The translations under genes and the position numbers were made by a program. Shown in pieces: positions 50,898 to 64,000 of a DNA stretch of 64,000 nt. A model generated the notes under the pieces. The model searched no databases and was not told the origin of the DNA. It saw only the letters and a list, made by a program, of their open reading frames with translations. Numbering within the stretch: the stretch's first letter is position 1; every line of letters begins with the position of its first letter. Location: NCBI RefSeq assembly GCF_009914755.1, contig NC_060929.1. The stretch is one strand, 5' to 3'. The stretch comes from the human T2T-CHM13v2.0 reference genome, Homo sapiens.

Positions 50898-51198
50898 GGC
50901 TGGGTGTGGTGCTCACACCTGTAATCCCAGCACTTTGGGATGCTGAGGCGGGCAGATCGTTTGAGGTCAGGAGTTTGAAACAAGCCTGGCCAACATGGTG
51001 AAACCCTGTCTCTACTAAAAATACAAAAATTAGCCGGGTGTGGTGGCACACGCCTGTAATCCTAGCTACTGCGGAGGCTGAGGCTGAAGAATTGCTTGAA
51101 CCCGAGAGGCAGAGATTGTAGTGAGCTGAGATGGCACCACTGCAGTCCAGCCTGGGTGACAGAGTGAGACTCCATGTAAAGAAAAAAAAAAAAAAAAC
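50898..51198 (+). mobile_element. AluSx/Sz-like
   Basis: Full dimeric Alu with poly(A). Confidence 0.92.
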
Positions 51199-51642
51199 AG
51201 GCACACAAAGACAAATGCCATGTAATTTCACTCATGTGGAATCTTAAAAAGCTGATCTCATAAAAGAAAAGAATAGAATGGTGGTTACCAGGAGTTTGGG
51301 TGGTTAGTGGAGAGAGAAGATGGGGAGAAGTTGGTCAAAGGACACACAATCACAGGAGGAGTTTTTAAAATGCCTACAATAGGCAAACATATAGAAACAA
51401 AAACTAAGCAAGTGGTTACCTGGGGCCAGGAGTAAGAGGAAAGGAGAGGAGGGGAGGTGAGAAATGGAGAATGACTACTAATGATTGTGGAGTTCCTGTA
51501 TTGGACGATGAAAATGTACTAAAATTGGCTGTGGTGGTGGTAAAATTGGCACAACTCTGTGAACATGTTAAAAACTAATGAATTGTACATTTTAAATGGA
51601 TGACTTGTATGATATGTGAGTTATATCTCAATAAAGCTGTTA
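51199..51642 (+). mobile_element. L1MA/L1MB 3'UTR fragments
   Basis: 'aatagaatggtggttaccagg', terminal 'tgtgagttatatctcaataaagctgtt'. Confidence 0.7.
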
Positions 51643-53286
51643 AAGGATTAAGACGAAAGTTAAAGCTGCATCATACAAAGATATATTAGTAACTCTCTCA
51701 TTCTCATCTATCCCATAGAGCTGATAATATGTGAGATTTACTCTGTAATAAATTATAAATGCAATAAAATCCACAGGAAAGGGGGCAAATAGAGGAGCAT
51801 TGACTACAAAGATGGTTGTGGCTGAATTTAATAAGCCTCTGAAACAATTTCAAAATTGCAAATTTAAAGTTTGAAACAAATTTATATTGAATAGAGCATA
51901 GAGGTTATTCCTCCAGTTCTGGGAGTTTCCACTTCTAGCAGAACATCTTCCCATCCTGACACTGCTCTTTGCTTTCAGGTTGGCAACATTTCAAACCTGT
52001 CCATTTTCACTTAGACATGTCCCAAAATTTAGACGGCATTCTTACATTGGAAGCAGGCCGACACATGAACCTACAGTTACATGGGCACAAACATTTAAGG
52101 GCATCTTAATTTCTTCTTCTTGATCTCAGGTTTTCAAAGATCTTTCTATATTCTTTTTGTTTTTTCAGTGCTAAGGTGACAAATTGTCCCAAAATTTAGC
52201 ACTTAAAGTCCAGCTTAGTCTGAAGCAAACCAGGAAGGTTGTTCACACTAGCAGAATACTATAGTCTAGTACTATATACCATGCCTAAAAGATCTACACT
52301 TCACTCAATTGAAGGAGCAGAAAATTAATACACATAAAAGTAAACCTCAGTAAACCTCATAAAAAAAAGTCAAGGAAAAAAATGAACAGAAAAGCAGAAT
52401 TTCAAAATAAAATGATGAGAACCAATCACACAATCAAGCTAGAACTAATTATGCCAAGTGCTTGTATAAGAAGTAAGAAAAGCAAGGTTGTTTTCAGGGA
52501 AATTTTTCCATATGCGAAAAATAACAAAGCAGACACATGATCCACCACAGTGTTTAGACTAATCTTTCATTGGTAGTATACACTATGTTTTTGTTATTCT
52601 TTTACAGCTACTGGTGTGTCTTATATGATGACTTTAATTCTCATGTTAAATGGTTATTATAGCTTTATCATTCCCTTCAAATCTGTCAATTGCTTTGTAT
52701 TTGTTTTATTAGTTTTTCCTGTGGTATATTCCAGGTGCGATATCAGAGAACAAATGGTGGTATGTGATGTTCCTTAGGTCAACAGCTGCTGTGGATGAGG
52801 CAGCAAAATAATTACAGCTAAATATAAACAGCTCTCTTTCCTCAGAGGCTATGGATACTGTAATGGAGACTACCATATCTCCATTAAAATAGCTAACAAA
52901 TCAGGAATAAATAGATTTTTTCTAAGTATTCATAACCTTTCAAGACCTGCCTAAAAATTTCAAACTAACATTATGAGCAACAAAATTTTTTCCAAAATCA
53001 TATTCAATTTTCAATGAGTAGAAAATATCTCCCAATCAGTATATATCAATAATTATATTTCTAATTTGTTTAAACATATAGAATAACCTATAATTCCATG
53101 ATTCCCTAATTTGCCTGAATAAATGGGCTTCCTTCGTTAAATATTAGGCTCCCCGCCAAGTTTCTTTTCTTCAGCAGCTTGAATTACTGCCCAAACTTAA
53201 TTTATCCCCCTCAGTTACAAATATCTAGAGTCATCAACCAAAATGTAGTCTCCCATTAATACAACTAATTAAACAAATATACACCA

Positions 53287-53674
<388 letters not shown>

Positions 53675-53899
53675 CTATTTCAAGACTTCCCAAAAAACTA
53701 AAATGTCGTTATTTTCATTTCCCTTTTCCTTGTGTTAAATCTAAACAAATGTGATCTCATGTGGTCAGGTTTTAATTTACCTTTTGCTCTAAAGTCTTTA
53801 TCCTTCATTTATGTCCTTGCTCACAGTGGGTTACAGAGAAGTGGCTAAACAATGAAAATGTTATACTTGGAACAATTGTTTCAAAGATAATTTCCATAT

Positions 53900-54519
53900 A
53901 TGAATTTATTTACCATTTACCAAAACATATTTTAGGTACTGAGAATACATTGGTAAATAAAAATAGCCAAATCTTTATCTCATTTTACTTACATTTTTAT
54001 GCACTCAGGGGTTGAGGGGTAAACATTAGAAATAAACAAATAAATAGTACAGACTACAGATAAGTGATCTGAACAAAATAAATTTGAATCTGTGGTCAGG
54101 AGAGGATGAAGACTACTAGATTGGTCAGTTAGAAAATCTGAGACCTGAAATGCTAGAAGGAACCAACCATGCTTCAAGTGGTATAATTAGAGAATTCCAG
54201 CTAGAGGAACAAGTAAACCATTTCTAAGTTTAGAACCTTTATGTATTTTAGAAATAGGAAAAAGAAGATAAGGATAGCTACAACACATTAAGTGAGGACA
54301 AGAGGATAAGAGTTGAGAGAGATTAGAGGTTGAGATATTCAGGGATCAAATTATTTTAGTATTCAATCATACATTAAATAGTTTACACTGTATTCTAAGA
54401 GTCATGCAAAGTGATTGCTGGCCAGGCAGGAGAGGGGTCTAAGGAGAAGAATAACAGGAATTCATTCAGATTTATAGTGATCACTCCCAGTTTCTGCTTG
54501 GAGAGTGAACCATAGATGG
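53900..54519 (-). mobile_element. L2 fragment interrupted by the provirus (continues ~62952-63610)
   Basis: L2-like purine-rich sequence is colinear across the ERV ('ggagagtgaaccatagatgg|gaggagcaaaag...ggagacagttgggaag'). Confidence 0.65.
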
Positions 54520-54981
54520 TGTGAGAAACACATTCACTAGTCCAAACACAAAGAATGGACTCAGAGACAAGAACAGGAGAAGCAAGACTTTTAATGGCTG
54601 TCTTGCAAGATCAGGTGTATGGTAGGCAGGCACACCTGGGGCAGTTAACAGCAGGTAATTTATCTCCTAGCACACAATTCTCTCCCCCAGTTCCTCATTG
54701 GTTGAGTACTATGGAGTTACAATTTTCCTAAGTTACAAGTTGCCTAAGTTTCATTATCCCCCTTATAAGGTTATACCCTGGTCCCCTTCCCCACTTAAAT
54801 TTCGATTTCTTAATAATGAAACTTTCTTCCCTTTTATGGGCTGACCCCTCCTCTACATTCTGTTCACTTATGGTTAACTTCTAGGTGCATGAGTCATGTG
54901 GTTTGCCACATCTGCAGGCTGGCTGCCAGTACTTAGATTTATCATGCCTTGAAACTGGACCATTTAAAATGTTTTCTCACA
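54520..54981 (-). promoter_or_regulatory. 3' LTR (preceded by polypurine tract at 54984-54997)
   Basis: TGTGAGAAA...TTTCTCACA termini; CCAAT, ATTAAA; PPT AAAAGAGGAAGGAA on the minus strand. Confidence 0.93.
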
Positions 54982-54999
54982 AATTCCTTCCTCTTTTCT

Positions 55000-56996
55000 A
55001 TCTACTTCTTTGGTCTCATTTTCATCTAAACCCTTTTGGTCCTCGAATCACTCTAGAAGTTGTTTATTTTCTCCCCATAAGAGAGTGAGTTTAATTTGGT
55101 TTCTAATAGTAGCAGGCTATTTTTCTGGTAAGACATGGGCATTTGTTTATTAACAGCTATTTTAATTAATTTCTGTGCTAGTCTGCTCACACAGGGATAA
55201 TGCAACACCCCACTGCTGTTAAGACTCCTGCCACAATTATGAGAGATGTAAGGATTGAAGCTACCATGCCTTTCTGTTTTCCAAATCATCCTTCGAGCCA
55301 ACCAGTAAATGGATCTTAAATTCCAGCATTTTCTGCCAGTCTGTTGGCTAGAGTTGTCAGTCCTTGTAAAGTTTCATGATGGTCCCATCTGAGGCAGTAT
55401 TTTTGGGAACGAAAGTACAACATTTCCCACCCAGCATGACATATACAACCCCTTTTTCTGCTAGTATTATGTCTAGTTGAAGCCTGTTTTCCCAGACCAT
55501 TTGAGTGGTGGCATCTAACTGGCTAGCCAACCCCTTGAGGGCATCCAGAGTATAGCTGATGAATCTCTGTTGATTACAATAGATGTAGTTAATCCAATCC
55601 ACATTTTTATTAATAGTTGACCACCAGAAGAGTGCTGACTCAAACCCAGCAGTTATTTGGTTTGGGGCCTTAAATTTATTAGGCACCCCCACAGGGACTC
55701 CTATCAAGTCAACTTATAAATTGGGATCAAAAGAATTTGTCAAATCTCTCCAGTTTTAGTGGCCAAGTGCATTTTCAGGCATTTTATGGAATGCCAGGGT
55801 GAAGGCAATCACCAGCTGGACTAAAGCACAAATCTCAGTCCAGTTGGATGGTAAGAGGTTATAGAGGTTCCTCTTCCCACAATACCACCAGACATCCATC
55901 CGGGGTATATGGAGGCTGAGTAATTGCCACTGCCTAACTTACCAGTGATGTTTAGGATGTGGGTACAACTCAATAGTTCTCCCATGGGCTTACTGAACTC
56001 TGCCCCCTTCCTTGAGAGGCAAGAGGAGTGGTTCATATTCCCTATAGAGAATGAGGGAATTGCTATGGGATCTGACCTTTGCAATACAGGAAAGAGCAAT
56101 GACAGACTCTTACAAGTCTCATTTCCCCATGCATCATTGTCCTGGTATAGAGCCAACATGCAATGCATTTCTTCAGGATTGGTATCCCATCCTAAGGAAA
56201 ATGGAACCACCTGTGCTTGAGGTTTTCCCACAGCACATGCATAGCAGTTACTCTTGTTGAGGGCTTGTACGGAAAATTTGATCCATTTGACTATACCCTG
56301 TACTCTCTCTCAGTTTCTGAGGTTTGCCTTAAATCCTTTACCTCAATTATTTCTACCCTTTTAGGGTCATTATTCGGTGAACTAAAGTGTTTATTGGAGT
56401 CAGGGGTTGGAGTAGTCCCAGGCAAATGGGAGGTTGAGTTCTTGATTAGTTTGAGAACAAATCACCCTAGGGTGTCTTTCCCTGTGATGTTTGCCCCTAA
56501 TCCCTAATCCATATACCCAAGACACTACTTTTGGTTCTTGGTCTAGAACAGCTGGATTGTCAGTGATGATGAGTATAGGATTGCATTCTAAATTCTGGCA
56601 GTTATTTGGTGGGAAGCCCTTGGATAGATGTAGTTTATTCTTTAATGGTCTCCAGCTAGGAGTTGCCCACCCCATATTTACTGTCCAACCCTGAAATTGG
56701 GTAGTCCACCACACATCATCCCAGCTGGGCAAGCTGATGCCCTGCTGTAACCTGTGTCTGGTTCAGGGCAAAGATATTTATATGCCTGTGAGAGCTGTCT
56801 CTGATTTTCCAAATTCCCACAAGGTAAGACGTGGCAGGCATCAAATCTTATAGTCTAGGGTGCTACCATCTTGGTTACATTAATTACCAATCTGATTGGG
56901 TAGAGAGGAGTCCCCTGCCAGTTTCCATTTTAACCTTCTGCTCTGTATAGTAGCCCATCCCAGCCATATTAACTTCCAGAAATGAGGCCAGCCCAT
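55000..56996 (-). pseudogene. env: ERV env remnant
   Basis: ATG at 56996; SU 'WDDVWWT', 'CYACAVGKPQAQVVPF'; TM 'GVPNKFKAPNQITAGFES', ISD-like 'WENRLQLDIILAEKG', 'GGKCC'; multiple stops and frameshifts. Confidence 0.88.
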
Positions 56997-59900
56997 ATTT
57001 TCTTTTTAGATTTTTCTGAGTTAACTTTAAGGGTTCCTGGGTGACCCGTGCACTTTTCACTGGTCTTTCTCTCTCCCTTCTGGGGTCTCTTTTACCAGTC
57101 ATTTGACTCCAGTATAGTGAGTCCACCCCCATTCAGCTGTTCTCATGGCTGTCTCAGTGGTCAAAAGCACTTGATAGGGACCATCCCTGCTTGGGTGGAG
57201 CTTATCTTCTTTCCAAGTCTTAACCAGTACCAAGTCACCAAGCTGGAAGTGGTAACCATGAACTCAAGAGGCAGACTTGAATTAGAAGTCCTTTTAACCT
57301 AAGGGATGACAGGGTGGAGGAAATGGCCAGTAAATAATTTCTTAAGAATTGATCCTTGGTTTCCATAGTAGGGAGATCTGTAGCTCTGCCTAAATATGGG
57401 AGCCCATATAATAACTTGTAGGGGGCAATCCCATCTTTTCTTGGAGCTGTCCTAATGCTAAGGAGTGCTATTTGGAGACATGTGGTACAAGGCATTTTAG
57501 TTTCTAAGATTAGTTTGGTGATATGCTTTTTGAAAGTTTGATTCATTCTTTCTACCTTTCCAGAGGAAGGAGGATGCCAAGGGGGTGCGATAATCCCATC
57601 TAATTTGTAAACCTTCCATAATTCCCCTTAACACCCTTGAGGTAAAGTGGCTCCCATTGTCTGAATCAATATTTTCTGCCAGGCCAAATCTAGGTACAAT
57701 CTACTCTAATATTATTTTGACATTCCTGGTGGTGGCCGTTGGAAGGGGAAAGCCTTCCATCCAGCCGGAAAGGTGATCTACGATCACCAGTAAATACTTT
57801 AGTCTTACTATTTTGGGCATTTCTCTGAAATCTACTTGAATGCTTTGAAATAGTCTTAGTCCGGGAGGTCTTCCTCCCATGGCCTGTTTTCTAGCCAACA
57901 TTTTGTTTAAGCTTTGACAAATTACACAACTTCCACATACTTGTTTAGTGAGGGTCTAAATCCCTATACACACATAATTCCTAAGTATTGCATCACACAG
58001 AGCCTGGGGTCCCCAGTGACTCCCTTTGTGTAATATAGACATTAGTTCTCTCATCAGGGGTTTTATCATTTCTCTCCCAGCAGGAAGTACCCATTTCCCA
58101 TCTTCAGTTTGAGTGACCCCTATCTTGTCTAATTCTTCCTTCTCCTCTTTGGTAAACTGGGGTCTTAATACTACCTTAGAGATGTCTGGGATCAGGCTAA
58201 ATAGTCTAATTTCTTCCTCCAGGGAAGCTTGCTTAGCAGCTTCATCTGCAAGCCTGTTTCCTATAGCTTCTACAGTATTCCCTATCTGATGATCATTTAC
58301 ATGAACTATGGCTACCTCTGCTGGAAGTAGGAGGCTTTCTAAAACCTGTTTGACCAGTTCCCCATGTACCAATTCTTTTCACCTGCTATTTATTAGGCCC
58401 TGCTCTGTCCAGATTTTTCCAAAAGTGTGTAATACCCCATGAGCATATTTAGAATCAGTATATATAGTGCCTTCTTGGTCTTCGAGGAGGTTTAGGGCCT
58501 GGTTAAGAGCATGTAATTCACAGGTTTGAGCCAACCAGCCATTAGGTAATCTACCTTTCTCACATAAGGAGTGTTTATTTTCATCAATGACAGTATAACG
58601 ACTATGTCTCCTGCCATCTATTACTCAGGATGACCCATCCACAAACAGCACAACATGTAGTGGAGCTTCTCTAAAGTCTGGTCTAACTTTGGTTTGGTAT
58701 TCTATGATATTTAAGCAGTTATGGTCTGATGTCTCTTTGTTCTCCTCTCCTTTCTATAGGAAACTGGCTAGATTCAGGCAAGTGTCTGTTATGACCAAAT
58801 CATCTTATTCTACTAATATGGCTTCATATTTTAGAATCTGAGAATCCATTAACCATGTCCTGGCCTTTTAATTTAATATATTCCTGACCTGGTGTGGGGT
58901 GCTTACTATTAGGGCCCCACCAAAGGTTAGCTTTTGACTCTCCTCTACCAGCAGGGCTGTGGCAGCTACTGCTTTCATACATTTGGGCCACCTGCAAGAG
59001 ACAGAATCAAGAAGCTTGGAGACAAAAGCAACAGGTTGCCTCTTCCCTCCCAAGGTTTGAGTGAGCAACCCAAGGGCCACACCCTGGTCTACTGTTACAA
59101 ACAGATGGAATGGTTTCTCTAAAGGTGGGAAAGCCAGGACTGGGGCAGTAATGAGGGCCTGCTTTAGCTCCTTCACTGCCTGAATTTCCTCTGGGGACCA
59201 TTACAAGGGATTGGGTTCCTCCTCTAGTAACTTGAGATACAGAATCTTTGTCTTTTGAGCATATGAGTCATCCATAACCTATAGTAATGAGTTAAACCAA
59301 AAAAATTTCAGAGTTCTCTCTTTGTCTTAGGCAAAGGCAGACCCATTATTTCCAATAATCTCTCTGGGTTTATTCTCCACTTCCCTTCATTAATCAGGTG
59401 TCCTAAATATTTAACTTCTTTTTCTACAAACTGCATTTTGTTCTTAGAGACTCACAATCCCCTTTCTCCTAGGAAATTAAGCAAGTTTGTGGTGGTTTCT
59501 GATACCCTGGCCCTCTTCTCCCCAGAAATTAAAAGATAATCTACAATATTGCAACAACTGGGTTCCCCTGGAAGTTTGGGATTCCTCCAGGACGTTTTCT
59601 AAGATTTGAACAAATTTGAAACCTTGTGGCAGCACAGTCCAGCAGTACTATTGTTTTCTCCCAGTTATAGGATTTTCCCATTCAAAGGCAAAGAGGTCCC
59701 TACTCCTGAAGTCTAGGGGACATGCCCAGAATACATCTTTAAGATCCACCACACGGAACCACTTATGTTCATAGGGTATCTTCCTAAGGAAAGTGTAGGG
59801 GTTAGGCATCACAGGGTGGCGGGTCTGAATAATTTGATTTATAGTCCTTAGATCTTGCACCAATCTATACAACCCTGGGGCTTTTGACTGGGAGGATTGG

Positions 59901-60000
59901 AGTATTGTATGGTGACATGCAGGGTTCTAATAATCCATCTTTAATCAATTCCTCTATTACTGGTTGGAGACATTTTCTCCCTTCAAGAGATATGGGATAT
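56997..60000 (-). pseudogene. pol: ERV pol remnant (RT, RNase H, integrase)
   Basis: 'SPYNTPILPVK', 'YRLVQDLR', 'VVDLKDVFW', 'GNRLADEAAK', integrase 'IQVDF..MP', 'VERMNQT'; YVDD motif disrupted. Confidence 0.9.
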
Positions 60001-60490
60001 TGTTTTCTGCAAACGACTTCTTCTGCTTGTTTTAGTTCAATCTGTAAGGGTGTGATTGTTAACCCTCCCCTGTTGCCTTCCCTAAGCCACACAAGGGGAT
60101 TAATTTTTCTTTCCCCCTCCTCTGTTAGGAGGCCCATCATTACTTTTATTTTTCCTTCCTCTATTCCTAATTCTACACCCAATCTCACAATCAGGTCTTG
60201 ACCCAGGAGGTTAGGTCCTGCTTCAGGAACATATAAGAGGGACTCCTCAATTTGTTCTGGTCCCAATCTAATTAACATTTTCTTGAATATCAGAACCTGA
60301 AATCCCTCCTTTTTATTCAAGATACTGTCAATGTTTTGTTAGAGAGTTCTGTACCCCTTAGTTGGTGAATTAGGGGAGAGCAAGCCACCTCAGTATCAAC
60401 CAAAAATGTCACTTCTTCTCCTCTGGCTCCCACCTTCAAATTTATCAAGGGTTCCTGGTGGGACCTACTCAGAAGGAACCCCTGACCCCC
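60001..60490 (-). pseudogene. pro: ERV protease remnant
   Basis: 'VTFLVDTEVACS' (DTG->DTE), 'GPNLLGQD'. Confidence 0.85.
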
Positions 60491-62024
60491 CCAGTCTTCA
60501 TCAATGGTTATGAGGGGAATCACCTTTTCTTCTTTTTTCCATTCAGGACATTCTGTCTTAAAATGCCCTGGCTTTCCACACTTGTAACATCCATTCATAG
60601 TTTTAGGAGCTTTTCTCTGCATTTCTCTTCTTTCTCTGTGTCTCTTTTCCCTTGTCTCCTTCAAGGGGAATCTTGATCTAACATTTTTCTGACTACCTCT
60701 TCCACAGTGGAAACCATGATTTTTTCTTTTTGTTTCCGTTTCTCTTCCTCTCTCCTTATAAAGACCTTCCTAGTTTCCCTCAGTAATTCCTCAATCGGTT
60801 TCTCATTCCATCCATCAGTCTTTTGTAATTTTTTTTTGTAATGTCAGGCCAGGTCTTAGTTACAAAGTTAACCATCAAAAGGTCTTGCCCTACTGGGTAC
60901 TCTGGATCTAATCCAGAGTATTTTCTCATCTGATCTCTGAGCCTCTGCAGGAATGCAGAGGGAGTCTCCTCTTTTTCTTGTTGAATCTCAAATGCCTCTG
61001 AGATATTTTGTGTCCTAGGAGTGGACTCTTTGATCCCTTTAATTATTAGTTCCCAGAGGTCCTGCATTTGGGCCTGGTCCCTGGGATCATTATTATCTCA
61101 TTTGGGATTGACATTTGGAAATTTTTGTTTGGCGGCAAGACTCCTTGCATGAAAGATGTTGCCTCACGCAAATGGTCATGGACACTCTCCCAATCATTCC
61201 CCTTTCTTCTCCTGTGAACAGGATATTCAATGATAGACATCATTTCAGCCCAGGTGTAAAAGCTGAGTCCTAGGAATTGGTCCAGCTGGTCTGCTAAACC
61301 AAGGGATCTTCTAGGAGTGGTTTCATTTCCTTTTTGAAATTCCTCACTTCAGTACTTGTAAGAGGAGCATTTACAAAGCTGATCTCTCCCTGTCCCATGG
61401 GAACTTCCCTAAGAGGGAACACGCTAGATGCCTGCTGTATGGAAGGAATAGGGAAGTTCTCAATATTCTTCTTAAACTGTTCTAATTCTTTTCTTAAATT
61501 TGCATAAAAATTTAAAGGAGCAGTTGTTTCAACTCTCCCATGGTCTCCAGGTCTTTCTTCCTTTAACCCTCCTGCTGCCCCTTGATCTTCCTTTCCCCTA
61601 TTTTGTGAGATGTATAGAGGAGACAAGCATGATAGGGGATCCCAGGGCTTTACACTGGGCAAGGGCTTTTACTAGGCTCTTTTTCTTCTTCTTTGAGGGG
61701 AAACATGGGGGCTAATTCCTTGATCCAGCGGAAAGCATAACCTATCTCTTCTTGTGAGGATGGGGTTTTATCATTCATATAGACAAAGCTCGGCACACCC
61801 AATTCTCATCTGAGCCAAACCTAGGCCAAAAGACTGAGGGCTTATGAATGGGGCCTTTGGGCCAGATAAAACACCAATACTTTATGATTTTTTGCTTTTC
61901 CTTGTCCCTGGTTCGTGGGTTGTCCCTCCAACCCTGCAGCATTCTCCCCAAAGGACTATTCAGGGAATATCAAAGTTTCTTTGCCTCCCTCTTTGTCCCC
62001 TAGGCTAGAATTTCTGTTTCCAAT
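60491..62024 (-). pseudogene. gag: ERV gag remnant
   Basis: Start decayed to ATT-GGA-AAC (M-G-N-like) at 62024; capsid 'FVNAPLTSTEVRNFKKEMKPLLEDP', MHR 'QQEKEETPSAFLQRL', zinc knuckle CYKCGKPGHFKTEC. Confidence 0.88.
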
Positions 62025-62470
62025 CTTTGGTCAGTCTCTGTGTCTGAGCATTTTCTGGTGTACTCAACTCCCACCCACACCCCGACTGGAGGTCTCTTGC
62101 ACACCCCGAGAATCACTTCATCTATCTCTGGCAGTTTTCCCCATGGGAGAATGGAATCACGGATTGGGACACCACACTCGCTTCATATCTAGGATACATC
62201 TCAGTCACACACACTCAAACTCCAAAAATGTCCAACTCACCAAGGCAGCACTTATAGTCCAATTTTCCTACCTTTTCTCTTGCACAAGTTTGCCTGGTTC
62301 CTGCAGTGCCTGCATTTCTCCCCGTGTCACCTCTGCTGCCTCTAAATAACAGTCTTGGGTTTGTCTAGGTCTCTGCAGAGATCCAGGATGCCTGAACAGA
62401 GTGGGCCACCTAAATCAGGTGGGACGTTTCTCCCCTCTGTGCTGGAGTCCCACTACACACAGGCACAGAG

Positions 62471-62488
62471 ATCCCAGGTGGTCCCCCA
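62471..62488 (-). promoter_or_regulatory. Primer-binding site, tRNA-Pro-like
   Basis: TGGGGGACCACCTGGGAT, 4 nt after the 5' LTR; 13/18 match to Pro PBS TGGGGGCTCGTCCGGGAT, two differences being CpG decay. Confidence 0.7.
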
Positions 62489-62492
62489 AGTT

Positions 62493-62951
62493 TGTGAGAA
62501 ACACATTCACCCAACCAAACCCAAGGAATGGACTCTGAGACATGAAGAACAGTGGAAGCGAGACTTTTAATGGTGGTCTTGCAAGATCAGGTGTCTGGTA
62601 GGCAAGCACACCTGGGGCAGTTACAGTAGGTAATTTATCTCCTAACATGCAAGTCCCTCCCCCAGTTCCTCATTGGTCAAATACTAGGGGGTTACAATCT
62701 TCCAGAATGTCACCTAAGTTTCATTATCCCCCTTATCAGGTTATACCCTAGCCCCCTTCCCCACTTAAGTTTCAATTTCCCAGTAATGAAACTTTCTTCC
62801 CTTTTATGGGCGGACCCCTCCTCTACATTGTGTTCACTTATTGTGACCTTCTAGGTGCATGAGTCATGCAGTTAGTCACATCCGCAGGCTGGCTGCCAGT
62901 ACTTAGATTTATCATGCCTTGAAAACGGACCATTTAAAATGTTTTCTCACA
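62493..62951 (-). promoter_or_regulatory. 5' LTR
   Basis: Homologous to 54520-54981 (roughly 88-89% by eye), same termini. Confidence 0.93.
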
Positions 62952-63639
62952 GAGGAGCAAAAGGGACAGCAAGGAGACAGTTGGGAAGATGTATTAATAG
63001 CCCAGGCAAAAAGAACTGTGGCTAGAACTAAGCAAAAACTGAGAACCAATCAAACTCGATTTTTTTTTTTGAAGGCTAAATCTATAAGATTTGCTGATGA
63101 ATTGGGTATCGGTGATGATTAAAAAAGAGAATCAAGGATTACTCTTGACTCTGCTTGAGCAACTGGGTGGAGAGCTGGCTTATCAACAGAAATAGGAAAG
63201 TTGGATGGAGAAGAGAATCAGGCTTTCTTCTTAGGGCATTTCAGTGTGGCTGCCTAGGAAATGTCTAAGTGGATGTATCAAGTGAGCAGTTGGGCTACAT
63301 TATTTCTCACTTCAGTGAGGAAGTCTGAACTACTGTTATAAAAAGAGAAGCTAAGAGAAGAAAATGTTTCAAGTTGGAAGGAGTAAACAACTTCATGGAA
63401 TTCTGTTCAAAGAAGCCTGAGCACAGAGAAATAAGCACTATATTTGGAAATTCGATTATCCTGACAAAAGGATTTTCAATGGGTGGTGGGGATGGAATCC
63501 TAACGGGAGTGGACTGAGGCAGCAATAGAGGTTGCTGAAAAGGAGATTGTGATGGATGTGGTTTTAATTTGCAGTTTCCTGATGCTGACTGCCTTTTCAA
63601 GTGCTATTGATGATGTGTATATTTGTGTGTGTGTGTGTG

Positions 63640-64000
63640 TGTGAAGGGTTATTCAAATCTTTCAGTCATTTTGAGGGTTTTTTTTTTAATTGACTTATAG
63701 GACTTCTTTACATATTCTAGATACAATTCTTTTTGGCAAAATACAGTTTTTGCAAATATTTTTTCCATTCTGTGTCTTGCCTCTTTATTTCATGAATGTT
63801 GTTCTTTGCAAAAAATATGTATATTAATTTTGATGAAGCCCAAATTTATCCATTTTTTTCCTTTCATAAATAGTGCTTTTTATTAGAACTGCTGAGAAAT
63901 CTAGCCTACCCTTACCTTTCATGAAAAAGTTCTTCTGACTTCTACAAACATTATGGTCCTGATTTCAGCTTTTATATACAACATATAATCCATCCAAGTC
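63640..64000 (-). mobile_element. Old L1M ORF2 3' fragment
   Basis: 'tttgcaaatattttttccattctgtgtcttg', 'ttgatgaagcccaaatttatc'. Confidence 0.7.

Larger units (their letters stand above)
54520..62951 (-). mobile_element. Full-length decayed class I endogenous retrovirus, HERV-I/ADP supergroup (probably HERVP71A with LTR71)
   Basis: Two ~460-bp LTRs, PBS, gag-pro-pol-env remnants and PPT. Family name is from recall only. Confidence 0.93.

Noticed and set aside
52013-52198. p53 half-site AGACATGTCC and a 15-bp repeat tgtcccaaaatttag ~165 bp apart
   Set aside because: A single half-site and a short repeat give no functional evidence.
54515-62956. Provirus TSD
   Set aside because: Flanks gatgg/gagga match only 3/5, so it cannot be called, although the flanking L2 looks colinear.

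Overview
This is primate (human-like), AT-rich genomic DNA made mostly of transposable-element relics. I find no intact protein-coding gene; nearly all listed ORFs are pieces of L1, Alu or ERV, or chance frames. Main contents: a full-length ancient L1MA1-3-type LINE that splits a MIR and carries three Alus (79-8532); several L1PA/L1M copies, two with twin-priming 5' inversions; about ten Alus; MLT1, MLT2 and LTR16 solo LTRs; MER2; MIR/L2 fragments; a full-length processed ARL2BP pseudogene with target-site duplication (TSD) (41991-44030); and a complete but decayed two-LTR class I ERV provirus (HERV-I/ADP-like, probably HERVP71A/LTR71; 54520-62951, minus). The most unusual signals are L1 integration anomalies. 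A ~165-bp duplication flanks an L1PA fragment (13307-14044), and ~45-50 bp of local flanking DNA is copied into ORF2 of another L1 (35960-36010 from 35078-35128); both donors lie about 190-200 bp from the insertion site. The provirus also keeps an intact gag read-through pseudoknot behind a TAG->TGG-like codon. Subfamily names are from recalled consensus features, not database searches. I cannot support a wholly new biological system from this sequence.
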